Source: a virus
Reading direction: 5' to 3' (one strand)
Virus record (IMG/VR): IMGVR_UViG_3300035454_000441
DNA length: 64,000 bases
Shown one piece after another: positions 45,382 to 54,590 of this stretch. How positions within the stretch are numbered: the first letter of the stretch is position 1; each line of letters opens with the position of its first letter. Made by a program: the position numbers and the translations under genes. The notes under the pieces were generated by a model. That model searched no databases. It had not been told where the DNA came from and saw only the letters and a list, made by a program, of their open reading frames with translations.

Positions 45382-45823
45382 AATGTGACTTGTCGCCAGC
45401 CGGCAAGTCCATGTGGGGACAAATGTTAGTGGTTGTTACTGTCTTCTGAACAACTGTTTCAATAGGAATGGTATCATATTGAACGGGATATTTCTTAGTG
45501 AACCACGCGGGTGCGTATACTTGTTTGAAGAATTCCCAAGGGGTTCTGGGAATGTTGATGACTTTGGTTGTCTTTTTGTCTTCCGTCTTATTAGTGGTTG
45601 TTCGACCTGCCACGTATGTCTGGAGTTGAATCATCAATTGGTCAGCAGTCATATCCATACAAGTGCGGATATTCATTTCCATAAGCATACTATTCGGAAT
45701 TCTAGTACCAACTGCTACCTTGATTTTCTCAAGGATAACCCGCTGAAAGACCTTTTCATCGGGCATAGGATAGAAGGGATTCACATTAGACATAATGTGG
45801 TCCGATGGTGAAAGTCTAGCCAT
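45338..45823 (-). CDS. Hypothetical protein (161 aa)
   Basis: ORF track. Confidence 0.4.
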   Translation of the reverse strand: MARLSPSDHIMSNVNPFYPMPDEKVFQRVILEKIKVAVGTRIPNSMLMEMNIRTCMDMTADQLMIQLQTYVAGRTTTNKTEDKKTTKVINIPRTPWEFFKQVYAPAWFTKKYPVQYDTIPIETVVQKTVTTTNICPHMDLPAGDKSHFEFITTKGNHYAHY

Positions 45824-45824
45824 A

Positions 45825-46313
45825 TTATCGCTCCGCGTTATTGTAAGTGTAGACCGCTTGGTCCCACGCTTGGTCGTGAACGTTTTTTAGCATACCAAAC
45901 ATCTCTGGGTTATCAATGAACGTATGCGATCCGGTGTACTGTCTAAAGACGGACCTCCAGCTTTCTTCCTTGCTCAAAGCACTTCTCATTGGTATTGGTG
46001 ACATAGGACCGGGCATAGTTGTTTTCTCACTTTCAATGGCAATGGTTTTTGGTATGCAAAAGTGTGTTTGGAGTTCGTCAGTGAAAACAAACACCCTTCT
46101 ACCCCTCACCGAAAGGGCATAATATGGCGTCTTACTTCTGGCTTTATTCAGATGGTTTGAATTAAACATCCACCGAGGATAGTATCTATGAGTCTTCATC
46201 TTTTTAAGGATACCAGACTTAATAGAGTAAATCGCTCCATCGTCCTGTCTGAAAAAGTATCCGTCGTGTTTCAACGCATGGAAACCATCAGGAAAGGTCA
46301 CACTAGATTTCAT
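45825..46313 (-). CDS. Hypothetical protein (162 aa)
   Basis: ORF track. Confidence 0.4.
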   Translation of the reverse strand: MKSSVTFPDGFHALKHDGYFFRQDDGAIYSIKSGILKKMKTHRYYPRWMFNSNHLNKARSKTPYYALSVRGRRVFVFTDELQTHFCIPKTIAIESEKTTMPGPMSPIPMRSALSKEESWRSVFRQYTGSHTFIDNPEMFGMLKNVHDQAWDQAVYTYNNAER

Positions 46314-46690
46314 ACTAAAATCAACCTCGTTTTGCCAAACTTCAAGTATTTCTTAATAGTATCCTCGGTTCCTCCACGGCGGTCTGGGGCCACACAAGCA
46401 ATGAGTATATCAGAATCCCTAGCAATAAGAGTATTGCGTTCATAGTTAATCCTAGCAAAGTCCCACTTGTAGGCTGGTCTAGGAAGACTGTCTTTATCGG
46501 GATAGTGAATAACTATGGGTATCTTAAACCATCCAGCTATAATCTCCGCGAATCTATCTCCACCCTTAGGACAACCACCCGAAATGATGATATCTCCAAT
46601 TTCGTAGATATCAAAGAAGGCTTCCTCTATCGTATCATAGTCCTCTTCTGCGTTTCGGCGTCTAGAGCCGATTATACCAATACGCTTCAT
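46310..46690 (-). CDS. Rossmann-like SLOG/DprA-like (DUF2493-like) protein
   Basis: IGIIGSRRR...IISGGCPKGGD...IPIVIH. Confidence 0.3.
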   Translation of the reverse strand: MKRIGIIGSRRRNAEEDYDTIEEAFFDIYEIGDIIISGGCPKGGDRFAEIIAGWFKIPIVIHYPDKDSLPRPAYKWDFARINYERNTLIARDSDILIACVAPDRRGGTEDTIKKYLKFGKTRLILV

Positions 46691-46803
46691 GATATCACCA
46701 GAACAGCATATCAAGTAAGGCGGGCCAAAACATCGGATGGGGGAACGGGAGAACGTACTTGACTTCCTTCATAATATAAACTCCCTAATAGAATAATGCT
46801 ATT

Positions 46804-47043
46804 TCACTTAGAGAATGTCACGTTGACCTTCTCATAGAGGAAAGTGAATAGTTTCTTGGAGAGATTGTAAATCAGCACTGCTATCCAAGACATATACAGT
46901 GTATCAGGCACCACCTGCAATGTCAACCAAAAATAAGACATATACGCTAAGAGAATCCAGAAAGACACTCGCCCGATTGAGACGAAACCTTGGAGGGTAC
47001 CATCAACAGAATGCTCTTCGCAAATGAGAGAACGCCAGGTCAT
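46804..47043 (-). CDS. Membrane protein (79 aa)
   Basis: ORF track. Confidence 0.4.
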   Translation of the reverse strand: MTWRSLICEEHSVDGTLQGFVSIGRVSFWILLAYMSYFWLTLQVVPDTLYMSWIAVLIYNLSKKLFTFLYEKVNVTFSK

Positions 47044-47354
47044 TCTAGTCCCAAGTCCTTGCGCAATTTGGCGCGGCGCGCCTCGAGGTTGTCCAGTTCA
47101 CGTTTTGCCTCTAGGTCATCGGGATTTTGGCGAAGATAATCCCTGAGTTTATAATATCGCTCGTCCAGAAAGTCGTAACGAATCATATTGAATTGAACAT
47201 TCTGGCGATACTCCAGTTGCTCAAGAGACTTTGCCGCCTCTTGTTGATCCACGTATCTATCTTCGGCAGCAATCACACCACCAACAATGGCAGCTACCAA
47301 TGAAACAGAAGCCGCGGTCACCTTGAACCAGTTTGGAAGATCCGAAACCCTCAT
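47040..47354 (-). CDS. Hypothetical protein (104 aa), N-terminal TM segment
   Basis: ORF track. Confidence 0.4.
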   Translation of the reverse strand: MRVSDLPNWFKVTAASVSLVAAIVGGVIAAEDRYVDQQEAAKSLEQLEYRQNVQFNMIRYDFLDERYYKLRDYLRQNPDDLEAKRELDNLEARRAKLRKDLGLE

Positions 47355-47357
47355 TGA

Positions 47358-47609
47358 TTACTCCTTAATCCACCTAACGGTCCAACCCTTAGGCTTTACA
47401 TAACTGTTTATTTCATTGAAGTGTTTACCGACCATCCACTTGATGATTGGTGCGGCTTGTATACAGTCACCATAGGTATCGAAGACCGCGCCCGCTACGA
47501 AGTGTGGTGCCGTCACCTGAACGATGTAAGTCACTTCTGATTTCTGGTCAGATAGTAAATCATCGCACCGTATAATATGAGAACTAGTACACCGCCCATC
47601 GCTGGTCAT
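47358..47609 (-). CDS. Hypothetical protein (83 aa)
   Basis: ORF track. Confidence 0.4.
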   Translation of the reverse strand: MTSDGRCTSSHIIRCDDLLSDQKSEVTYIVQVTAPHFVAGAVFDTYGDCIQAAPIIKWMVGKHFNEINSYVKPKGWTVRWIKE

Positions 47610-48061
47610 TTGATAAGTCCCTCTAAGACTTTCAACTCCGCTACGTGTTCTTCGTCACCACGACACAACGCCTCAAATACTGATTTGATTCTCCCGAACT
47701 TGAACTTGAGTGCATTGAGGGCATGAATCTCAACAAACTTGTCCTCTAGTGTTATAGCAAGTTCCAGAATACAAGTCAAACTGCATTCCTTATCTCTCAG
47801 GAGTTGGAGCAACGCCTTGATTTCCACCAAGAGACTTTCAGCATACAGACCATCAATCATAGAAAGGTCATATCTATCATACTCGGCTATCTGGATTGCC
47901 ATGTTCAGTTGATGACTGTGAAGTTCTTCATCAAGCATCAGTCTGAACAAAACGTCCGCCACATCTACACGTCCCAAACGAATGGCCTCTTTTCTGAGCC
48001 GATAATAAATCTCCTCGGCAGTCTCTTCTATCTCTTTGTATACGTGCAGGACATTTTTCAT
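47606..48061 (-). CDS. Hypothetical protein (151 aa)
   Basis: ORF track. Confidence 0.4.
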   Translation of the reverse strand: MKNVLHVYKEIEETAEEIYYRLRKEAIRLGRVDVADVLFRLMLDEELHSHQLNMAIQIAEYDRYDLSMIDGLYAESLLVEIKALLQLLRDKECSLTCILELAITLEDKFVEIHALNALKFKFGRIKSVFEALCRGDEEHVAELKVLEGLIK

Positions 48062-48456
48062 TTTAATGCCTTTATGTGATTAGTGGTCACTCTAGCCATG
48101 ATCCATTTGTTATAATAGGTTTCGTCTTCTAATACTCTTCGGTCGATCTGTTCACGGAGTTCAATGTAAGTCATCAATCCCTTGTTCTTACAATAGTGGA
48201 GAATGACTCTCTTGAAGTTGTCTTTACCAAGCTTCTCCACATCCGCGAGGAGTTCATCATTAGAACCGTAGTAATCTTTCCAATCAGACTCTACCTTGAT
48301 GCGTTTCTTTTTGCCCTTGACTTGTTTGGTCTTGGAGAAGTAAAACAGCTTTTTCCCGATGTAACGCTTTCCTGTGACTGTGTTTGTTATCTCATAAACA
48401 AAGCCGATGAAGCCGTCTGGTATCAGAGTCACAGGACCATTCTGATCCTGCCACAT
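48058..48456 (-). CDS. Small GIY-YIG nuclease-domain protein (132 aa)
   Basis: GFVYEITNTVTGKRYIGKK. Confidence 0.55.
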   Translation of the reverse strand: MWQDQNGPVTLIPDGFIGFVYEITNTVTGKRYIGKKLFYFSKTKQVKGKKKRIKVESDWKDYYGSNDELLADVEKLGKDNFKRVILHYCKNKGLMTYIELREQIDRRVLEDETYYNKWIMARVTTNHIKALK

Positions 48457-48620
48457 CACTCTTCATCCAGTTCTTCATCTTCATCTTCTGGTTCTGGTTC
48501 AGAGATATCTCCACCACAAACAGGACAAATGATAATGTCCGAGAATACAAACTGGTCATCCCTAAATGTTAGCTTACCTAAGAAGCCACAGTTTTCGCAA
48601 TCAATCTTTTTCTTAATCAT
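48457..48620 (-). CDS. Small zinc-ribbon protein with an acidic tail (54 aa); below the ORF-track cutoff
   Basis: CENCG...CPVCGG; GTGATG overlap. Confidence 0.3.
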
Positions 48621-48624
48621 ATGA

Positions 48625-48667
48625 AAATACCTCTGAATGTAATGTAGACTACTCAGAGGTATTTATA
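48625..48667 (-). promoter_or_regulatory. T4 late-promoter-like TATAAATA (48660-48667) followed by an 11-bp-stem hairpin and a U-run upstream of the 48620 start
   Basis: rc of tatttata; inverted repeat atacctctga/tcagaggtat. Confidence 0.35.
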
Positions 48668-48929
48668 TCACAGAATGGTGGTCTTCTCTTTAAATGAAGT
48701 CCAATAGGTCCCCCAACAAATAAAGTTCCAAGAAAATCTAATCACCAAACACCGAAAACCCCATTCTCTTATGGGTTCATCATAGAATAGTTCCATCATA
48801 TCAACATCTTTATAGACAAGAGGGAGTGGTAGATGTAACTGAACGAATGTCTTTGCCCTATCTGCTACCCAATTCTTTCCGACAGCAAGACCAAAGGGCA
48901 TTCTACAACCCGCTTGTAAAACTGGTAGC

Positions 48930-49565
48930 TTAAACATTTGGTAACATCCCGAAGTAAGTAATGATATGCCAAATAAGTTGCTTCTGGTCCTTGGCGAACA
49001 ACCAACGTTTATCAATCATCTGATTAGCCCAGTCACCCGCTCTGGTGCCACGCTCTTGCCCGATGGAGACCCAGTCACAAGTCATAACGGCAACCCAAGT
49101 TAAAGGCATGTTAGTAGCATCAACCGGTGTATCTGGAATACCATCCCGATTTGTAACGTTGAACTTGTTACCCACCAAAAAATCTGGGTCCCAGTATTCC
49201 GGATGGTGTTTCTCGCTGATGATATGATGTATCGTGGCGTTACTCTGCATCACCTGATTAAGTGGATACGGCTTGTTCAGGTCAAGCTTTTGATAGTAAG
49301 ACCAAGAGATTTCAATGTATGCCCTATATTGCGGGTCCTCGAACTTGGTTCTATCGTGTTCCCTAGACTCCTTGAGAAGTGTTTCCTTTTCAAGCTGATA
49401 AGAGTCAACAATGCTAATCAGGTGTTCGCCAGCATCAATAGACGGTGTGAACAGGTCTAGAATGTTGCTCTGTACCCGGTGAATATGCTTATTGGTGCGA
49501 TTGTGGAAGTGAAGTTGTTTCTCCCTCCATTCTCGCTCAAGTTTATAAATCGATCCCACATCCAT
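48930..49565 (-). CDS. Hypothetical protein (211 aa)
   Basis: ORF track. Confidence 0.45.
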   Translation of the reverse strand: MDVGSIYKLEREWREKQLHFHNRTNKHIHRVQSNILDLFTPSIDAGEHLISIVDSYQLEKETLLKESREHDRTKFEDPQYRAYIEISWSYYQKLDLNKPYPLNQVMQSNATIHHIISEKHHPEYWDPDFLVGNKFNVTNRDGIPDTPVDATNMPLTWVAVMTCDWVSIGQERGTRAGDWANQMIDKRWLFAKDQKQLIWHIITYFGMLPNV

Positions 49566-49926
49566 CAGTAATTTCCTCTTCTTTTAATGGCACCCATTTG
49601 CCATTCTGTTTGCCTTCGACCTTGAGATTTTCGGGTTTCATCATACGCTCAACAACGACTTCTGGTGACTCTTGACCAAGGCGTTCAAATGACTCACGCT
49701 TTAACCAAAGTTGAAATCGTGTACTATTCGCCATCTTCTTAAAGGCTGATACTTTGTTGTCAAATTGGCTTCTCTGCTCCCTGCTTTCACCCACAGCACC
49801 AGATGGTGGATGAATGACGCGAACACCAGAAGAAGTCTTGTTTTGGTGTTGACCGCCGGGACCACCAGACCGAAAGGTTTGTACCCCACAGTCTTTGATG
49901 GTCACCCGCAAAAGCAACTCTTTCAT
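49543..49926 (-). CDS. GGQ-motif peptidyl-tRNA hydrolase domain protein (ArfB/PrfH-like release-factor catalytic domain)
   Basis: FRSGGPGGQHQNKTSSGVRVIH...RSQFDNK matches the RF-1 domain; start at MKELLL one nt after the primase stop. Confidence 0.7.
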   Translation of the reverse strand: MKELLLRVTIKDCGVQTFRSGGPGGQHQNKTSSGVRVIHPPSGAVGESREQRSQFDNKVSAFKKMANSTRFQLWLKRESFERLGQESPEVVVERMMKPENLKVEGKQNGKWVPLKEEEITDGCGIDL

Positions 49927-49927
49927 A

Positions 49928-50956
49928 TTAGCACAACTTCCATTCTGCGAAACGGGCAATAGCCTCCAGTCCGCCAAAGGTATTATTGTTGATGACTTCA
50001 ACGATTTCAGCAACAGTCTTTCCAGACTTCACCATATCGTTGATATCCTTCTCCGCAATCGTATGAGGCCAGAGACATACAGAGTAACCAAGCTTGATTG
50101 TATCACTGATAATTCTGGTAATCTCTCGGCTCCTAGGCTCATTATCCGGAACTACGGTCAAGTTCGTCTTGAGTGCTTCAAGTGTCGGCGTTGCAAACGA
50201 CGAACCAGAAACCGCAATTCCATTAGGGATAAAAAGACTGTCAATCTGCCCCTCAAACGCATAAATCCTCTTCGCATAATCTACCCTCTCCAGACCGTAA
50301 ACACGTTCCGCGCTTTCATCAATCTTAATCGTGAAGTATTTTGGCTCTTCATTTTTGAATGCCCTAGCAGAGAACGCATAGACTCTTCCATGTGTATCAA
50401 AGTATGGAAACAATAGCCTAGGATGGTCATTGTCGAGTTTTGAAAACTTGCCGGGGATAATGTTATTAGTAAACTGTTTAATCTTCGTTGTATAGTAGAT
50501 TAGACTCCACTTGTCTTTTGGAATGAGACGCTTCGCCAGATACTTAGCAACAGGATGACCGGGCTTTAAATCAGCACAACATTTGGTACCGTCGAGAACA
50601 GAGTCCGTTCCAATGAAATTGGTAGCTTGCTTAACTTCCTCCACAATCTCAGTGATATCTGTATGCGGGGTATGTTTGCTAGTGGACTCCTTGTAACGTT
50701 CCATGACAAACTCTTTATAGATGTTGGGTGCAATCTCCTTCAGGAAGTTACCCAAACTCATAGAGGCGCCGCAATGATGACACTTGTAGGAAATATGTGT
50801 CTTGCCCCGATAGAAGTATCCACGGGTCTTTTGGCGTCCCTTGGATACATCACCACAAATTGGGCAAGAGCAGTTCCACAGATATGCGGACTTCTGTTTG
50901 AAGTTCTTCACATAAGGTGAAACCCTCGGCACATATGACTGTTCAATCCAAAGCAT
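49928..50956 (-). CDS. DNA primase (T4 gp61-like; Zn-ribbon + TOPRIM)
   Basis: CPICGDVSKGRQKTRGYFY...CHHCG; 342 aa (same as T4 gp61). Confidence 0.75.
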   Translation of the reverse strand: MLWIEQSYVPRVSPYVKNFKQKSAYLWNCSCPICGDVSKGRQKTRGYFYRGKTHISYKCHHCGASMSLGNFLKEIAPNIYKEFVMERYKESTSKHTPHTDITEIVEEVKQATNFIGTDSVLDGTKCCADLKPGHPVAKYLAKRLIPKDKWSLIYYTTKIKQFTNNIIPGKFSKLDNDHPRLLFPYFDTHGRVYAFSARAFKNEEPKYFTIKIDESAERVYGLERVDYAKRIYAFEGQIDSLFIPNGIAVSGSSFATPTLEALKTNLTVVPDNEPRSREITRIISDTIKLGYSVCLWPHTIAEKDINDMVKSGKTVAEIVEVINNNTFGGLEAIARFAEWKLC

Positions 50957-50957
50957 T

Positions 50958-51098
50958 CTATTTTTTAATCATCGCTTGATAGAAGCCGTTACCCGAGGCA
51001 GTCATACCACCTTGCGGCAACCAACCTTCGCTAATAAACAGATTAACCATGGCTTCTAGTTTTTGAGTGGAAGTAGCACCCACGATTTGATATTTCAT
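50958..51098 (-). CDS. DUF1737-like small protein (46 aa)
   Basis: MKYQIVGATS...EGWLPQGG. Confidence 0.35.
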   Translation of the reverse strand: MKYQIVGATSTQKLEAMVNLFISEGWLPQGGMTASGNGFYQAMIKK

Positions 51099-51099
51099 A

Positions 51100-51371
51100 T
51101 TAGATCCAGAGGATGAACCATCCGAAGAGTTTGCCAAATCCGTAACCAACAGGCACAGACAGAAGAGCCGACGCCCAGAGCAACACATTGTTAGACTTGT
51201 ATTTGTATGAAAAACACTTGTCAAAAACCATGTAGATTGCCACGAAAGCCAACAGCATCGCGAAAATGTATCCCATAACAGCGATACTTGAACCATCGCC
51301 ATCCCAGATAAGACGGTCGAATTCCTGTTCGGTGCGACTGCGATAGATGATGATAGAGTTCGAAGCAAGCA
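51100..51371 (-). CDS. Membrane protein (90 aa)
   Basis: TAATG overlap with the upstream gene. Confidence 0.35.
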
Positions 51372-51818
51372 TTAGAGTTTCCCTTTCATTTTCCAAGTCA
51401 TCCAGAGGAGGTCAAGTACCCAGTCATTCGGAATGATGCCGGGATTATCAGAAACGAATTGAACATCATCAACGTCCAGAACAACACGAAGAAAGTCAAC
51501 CACTGCACCGGAGCGACAAATACCCGCGGTGCAGTGGACAAAGATAAAGTCAATCTCTGGTGGCAGAGTCTTGATGAAGTTGATAATCTTCTTGGCATCA
51601 TCGAAATCGGCTGCCTTGCAATCCATACAGGATGCAAGGGTCATGGTTGTCTTCGGATGAATGTCATCGAACCAGACGGTCAGCACCTTACCGCGAATAT
51701 CATCAACAATTCGTTTGGCATCAGTGTCCAGAATAGAGATGACAGCCACATTCGGTTGAGACAGAATGTATGCAAACTTGTTTTGGAAAACAACTTTTGG
51801 TATCGCTTTAACTCTCAT
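51372..51818 (-). CDS. Cys-based (CX5R) dual-specificity / PTP-like phosphatase
   Basis: VHCTAGICRSGAV. Confidence 0.65.
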   Translation of the reverse strand: MRVKAIPKVVFQNKFAYILSQPNVAVISILDTDAKRIVDDIRGKVLTVWFDDIHPKTTMTLASCMDCKAADFDDAKKIINFIKTLPPEIDFIFVHCTAGICRSGAVVDFLRVVLDVDDVQFVSDNPGIIPNDWVLDLLWMTWKMKGKL

Positions 51819-51833
51819 AGTGTGTATACTTTA

Positions 51834-52439
51834 TCACACCATTGGAAGATTGTCAACGGTATTCTTCGTCATCACCGAAATTACTTTTGACTTCGGCACT
51901 TCATCGTTCTTGATGGTTTTCTTGAAACCAAAGTTACCTGCGGTGTGCCAGACGATGATGCCTTCCGGGTTCATAAATCCGGGTGCCGCAACGGAGCCAC
52001 CATGCGCAAGACCTTGTAGAACAGAATTAACGATATTGGTATCAAACTCAGCCTTGAACAGAATCGGTACAACACCAAGGCCTTGAATAGAAGGAAGAGC
52101 CGTTAAGACGGGCGCATCTGAACAACAAGTTTTCCAGCGAGACACATTGAACAGACTGAAACGCTTTTCTTTCAGCCCATAGCCACGCTGAATCCCCTGA
52201 CCCCACCACTCACCGAAGTGACGACCCGGACCCATCTTGAGAAGTTCGTCCTTGTTACCAAAGCACCAGCGGGCAAAGCCGTAGTTGTCATCCTCGGGTG
52301 TAATGAAACGTGTCCGAGAACCGACGAACAGGTCCCCGTCTTCGGTGATGATAATCTGACCATTTGTACCGTCAATCTTCTCCGTGATAATCATCTCACG
52401 GCTCAAGCGAGGCATCTTTGGAAACTCTGTAAATTCCAT
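51834..52439 (-). CDS. Rnl2-like RNA ligase nucleotidyltransferase domain (KxDG)
   Basis: Motif I EKIDGTN, FGEWWG, motif IV EGIIVW, motif V GFKKTIK. Confidence 0.6.
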   Translation of the reverse strand: MEFTEFPKMPRLSREMIITEKIDGTNGQIIITEDGDLFVGSRTRFITPEDDNYGFARWCFGNKDELLKMGPGRHFGEWWGQGIQRGYGLKEKRFSLFNVSRWKTCCSDAPVLTALPSIQGLGVVPILFKAEFDTNIVNSVLQGLAHGGSVAAPGFMNPEGIIVWHTAGNFGFKKTIKNDEVPKSKVISVMTKNTVDNLPMV

Positions 52440-53740
52440 TATTCTTCTCCCTTAAAGTTCATGACCGGCTTGATCCGGTCAACGATGTATGCAGTAGGCT
52501 CAATCGCGGCTTCGATGATAACAGAGTCCTTATAGGCGCCCGGTGCTTCATCAATTGGAATGCAGGAAGTCCAAATACCCTTCATCTGCTCCTTCGCGTC
52601 CTGAGTGTTCAGAGTCGCCTTAGCCTGTGAACGGGACAACACACGGCCAGCCCCATGAGGCGCAGAACAGTTCCATTCCATGTTATCACGACCCATGGTG
52701 ATTAACAGACCATCACGCATATTGAACGGGATGATAGACAACTCACCATGGTAAGACCGGATAGCACCCTTACGGATAATCCAATCATCAAAGTCAACGA
52801 AGTTGTGAGTGGTCTCAATCATCTGAGACCAATCAATGTCAGCAAACTTGTTGATTTCAGTTAAGATGGCTTCGCGGTTGATTTCAGCGTATTCCTGAGC
52901 AATCAACATATCAACCATGTAGCCGTACATATCAACACCAGTCAAGTATTCCATGCCCTTCGGAACACCAGTCGCCTTCTTTTCTTCCGTGAAAGCGGCA
53001 ATCATATGCCCCCAATCCTTCTTAGGGAAGTTCATCTTAATCATCTCAACATACTCATGCTTTGAGATGGTATCGGTCATGGCGGCAACAGCCCGCTTCT
53101 GCCAGTATTCAGCAACACACTTCCCGAAGTTACGGGAACCAGAGTGAATGGTAATCCAGTAACGCCCATCAGTGACAGACTTACCGACCTCGATGAAGTG
53201 ATTACCCCCACCCAAGGTACCGATAGACTTCATAACGCGGTCATGCTTCACCGCGATCCGATCACACATCTTTTCGAATGCGCCATCGGACATAACGACA
53301 GGCAAGACAGGCAATCCGGTGCGGCTCTTGAACTCAGTGGCGAAACGGGTCAACACTGTGTTGACCTCATTCCAACGAAATCCCACCTTGGATACAGTAG
53401 AACGGGTATCGGTGCCGAACGGAACACCAAGGCGAACTGCCTTGTTGAACAACTTCATACGCTCTTCGGTTGCAAAAATAGTTTCGGTCTCAACCTTAAA
53501 GGGTGCCGAAACCATACCACACCCGATATCAACACCCACCACATTAGGGATAATCTTGTCATTCAGTTCCATGGTGAAACCGATAACAGAACCCTTACCC
53601 GCGTGGGTATCGGGCATGATAGCAATGGGCTTAGTGAATGCGGGGTGGTTGACCATCTGCACGATTTGTGCAACACAGGACTCCTCAACGTCATCAATCA
53701 TGACCTTAGCAGTCGTATATTTACCCTTGATTTCGAACAT
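52439..53740 (-). CDS. rtcB: RtcB RNA 3'-phosphate/2',3'-cyclic-phosphate ligase
   Basis: 433 aa; ...NCSAPHGAGR; overall RtcB pattern. Confidence 0.85.
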   Translation of the reverse strand: MFEIKGKYTTAKVMIDDVEESCVAQIVQMVNHPAFTKPIAIMPDTHAGKGSVIGFTMELNDKIIPNVVGVDIGCGMVSAPFKVETETIFATEERMKLFNKAVRLGVPFGTDTRSTVSKVGFRWNEVNTVLTRFATEFKSRTGLPVLPVVMSDGAFEKMCDRIAVKHDRVMKSIGTLGGGNHFIEVGKSVTDGRYWITIHSGSRNFGKCVAEYWQKRAVAAMTDTISKHEYVEMIKMNFPKKDWGHMIAAFTEEKKATGVPKGMEYLTGVDMYGYMVDMLIAQEYAEINREAILTEINKFADIDWSQMIETTHNFVDFDDWIIRKGAIRSYHGELSIIPFNMRDGLLITMGRDNMEWNCSAPHGAGRVLSRSQAKATLNTQDAKEQMKGIWTSCIPIDEAPGAYKDSVIIEAAIEPTAYIVDRIKPVMNFKGEE

Positions 53741-53800
53741 TACATCTCCCAGAGAATATAACCGAGTAATAAACCCAATAAAAAGGAACTTGCGTCCATG

Positions 53801-54028
53801 TCAATGCTCCCTCATTACGATTTCTTTGCGTTCACCACAGATAGGACAGCGAACAGTAACAGACAGATGGTCATGCGAACCACACAAGTCACACGGGTCG
53901 GATGAAAACGAGAAGGCGTCCTCAGGGACTTCAACTGTGGAAGTCTGATTACAACCAACAGTTTTTCTACCGTTCCAGTGTTTGCGTCGGTCACATTCAA
54001 ACATAACGAAGAACTTTGCCATTACCAT
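53801..54028 (-). CDS. Zinc-ribbon protein (75 aa)
   Basis: CDLCGS...CPICG. Confidence 0.4.
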   Translation of the reverse strand: MVMAKFFVMFECDRRKHWNGRKTVGCNQTSTVEVPEDAFSFSSDPCDLCGSHDHLSVTVRCPICGERKEIVMREH

Positions 54029-54151
54029 TTCTCAATAGCATCTTTTTGAGAGCATTGTGGGCCCGCTCAGGGGCAATCATAGCAGTAACAAAGAACAGAA
54101 CTGCTAACACTGTAGCCGAGATACGCAACATAATTTGTTTATAGATGAATA

Positions 54152-54310
54152 TCATCCCATTGCCTTTGCGACTAGCGCCAGAAGTTTAACACCACAGAGA
54201 GCAAACGATTTGAGAGTAATCGTTCCGTCTCCAATCCACAACACCATTAGAGCAATACCCAGACCCCAACAACCAAGAGTCCCGACCCACCACCAAAAAT
54301 TGTTAGGCAT
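54152..54310 (-). CDS. Small membrane protein
   Basis: Trimmed start MPNNFWWW. Confidence 0.3.
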   Translation of the reverse strand: MPNNFWWWVGTLGCWGLGIALMVLWIGDGTITLKSFALCGVKLLALVAKAMG

Positions 54311-54530
54311 AGAGATCCCAACCTTTATGCGAAGGACAGGCGTGAGTGCTTTCACAGTAAGGCCACCAGATGGCGCGAGAAATGGCTTCCTCTCTCAAGT
54401 CATCGTAGCGGTCGACCAGTTCGTATTTGCGGTTCAAAGCAACGTTGTAGCCACCAGAGTTGATGGAATTTTTCGTCTTGTTCAGCCAGTGAATAACTTG
54501 GGCATTCGTCATACTGGAAAGTTGTTTCAT
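54303..54530 (-). CDS. Hypothetical protein (75 aa) after cassette j
   Basis: RBS GAGGAG. Confidence 0.45.
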   Translation of the reverse strand: MKQLSSMTNAQVIHWLNKTKNSINSGGYNVALNRKYELVDRYDDLREEAISRAIWWPYCESTHACPSHKGWDLYA

Positions 54531-54558
54531 AATTTCTCCTCTCGTTAGCTACAGAAAC

Positions 54559-54587
54559 ACTATACACTAACGAGAGGAGCAAGTCAA
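54559..54587 (-). promoter_or_regulatory. Early promoter, cassette copy j (TTGACT-N17-TATAGT)
   Basis: agtcaa 54582-54587 / actata 54559-54564. Confidence 0.6.
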
Positions 54588-54590
54588 CAA

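Noticed and set aside
50958-51368. 136-aa ORF from the track
   Set aside because: It overlaps the better-supported membrane-protein frame. Only its last 46 codons (DUF1737-like, with its own ATG after a TAATATG junction) look real.
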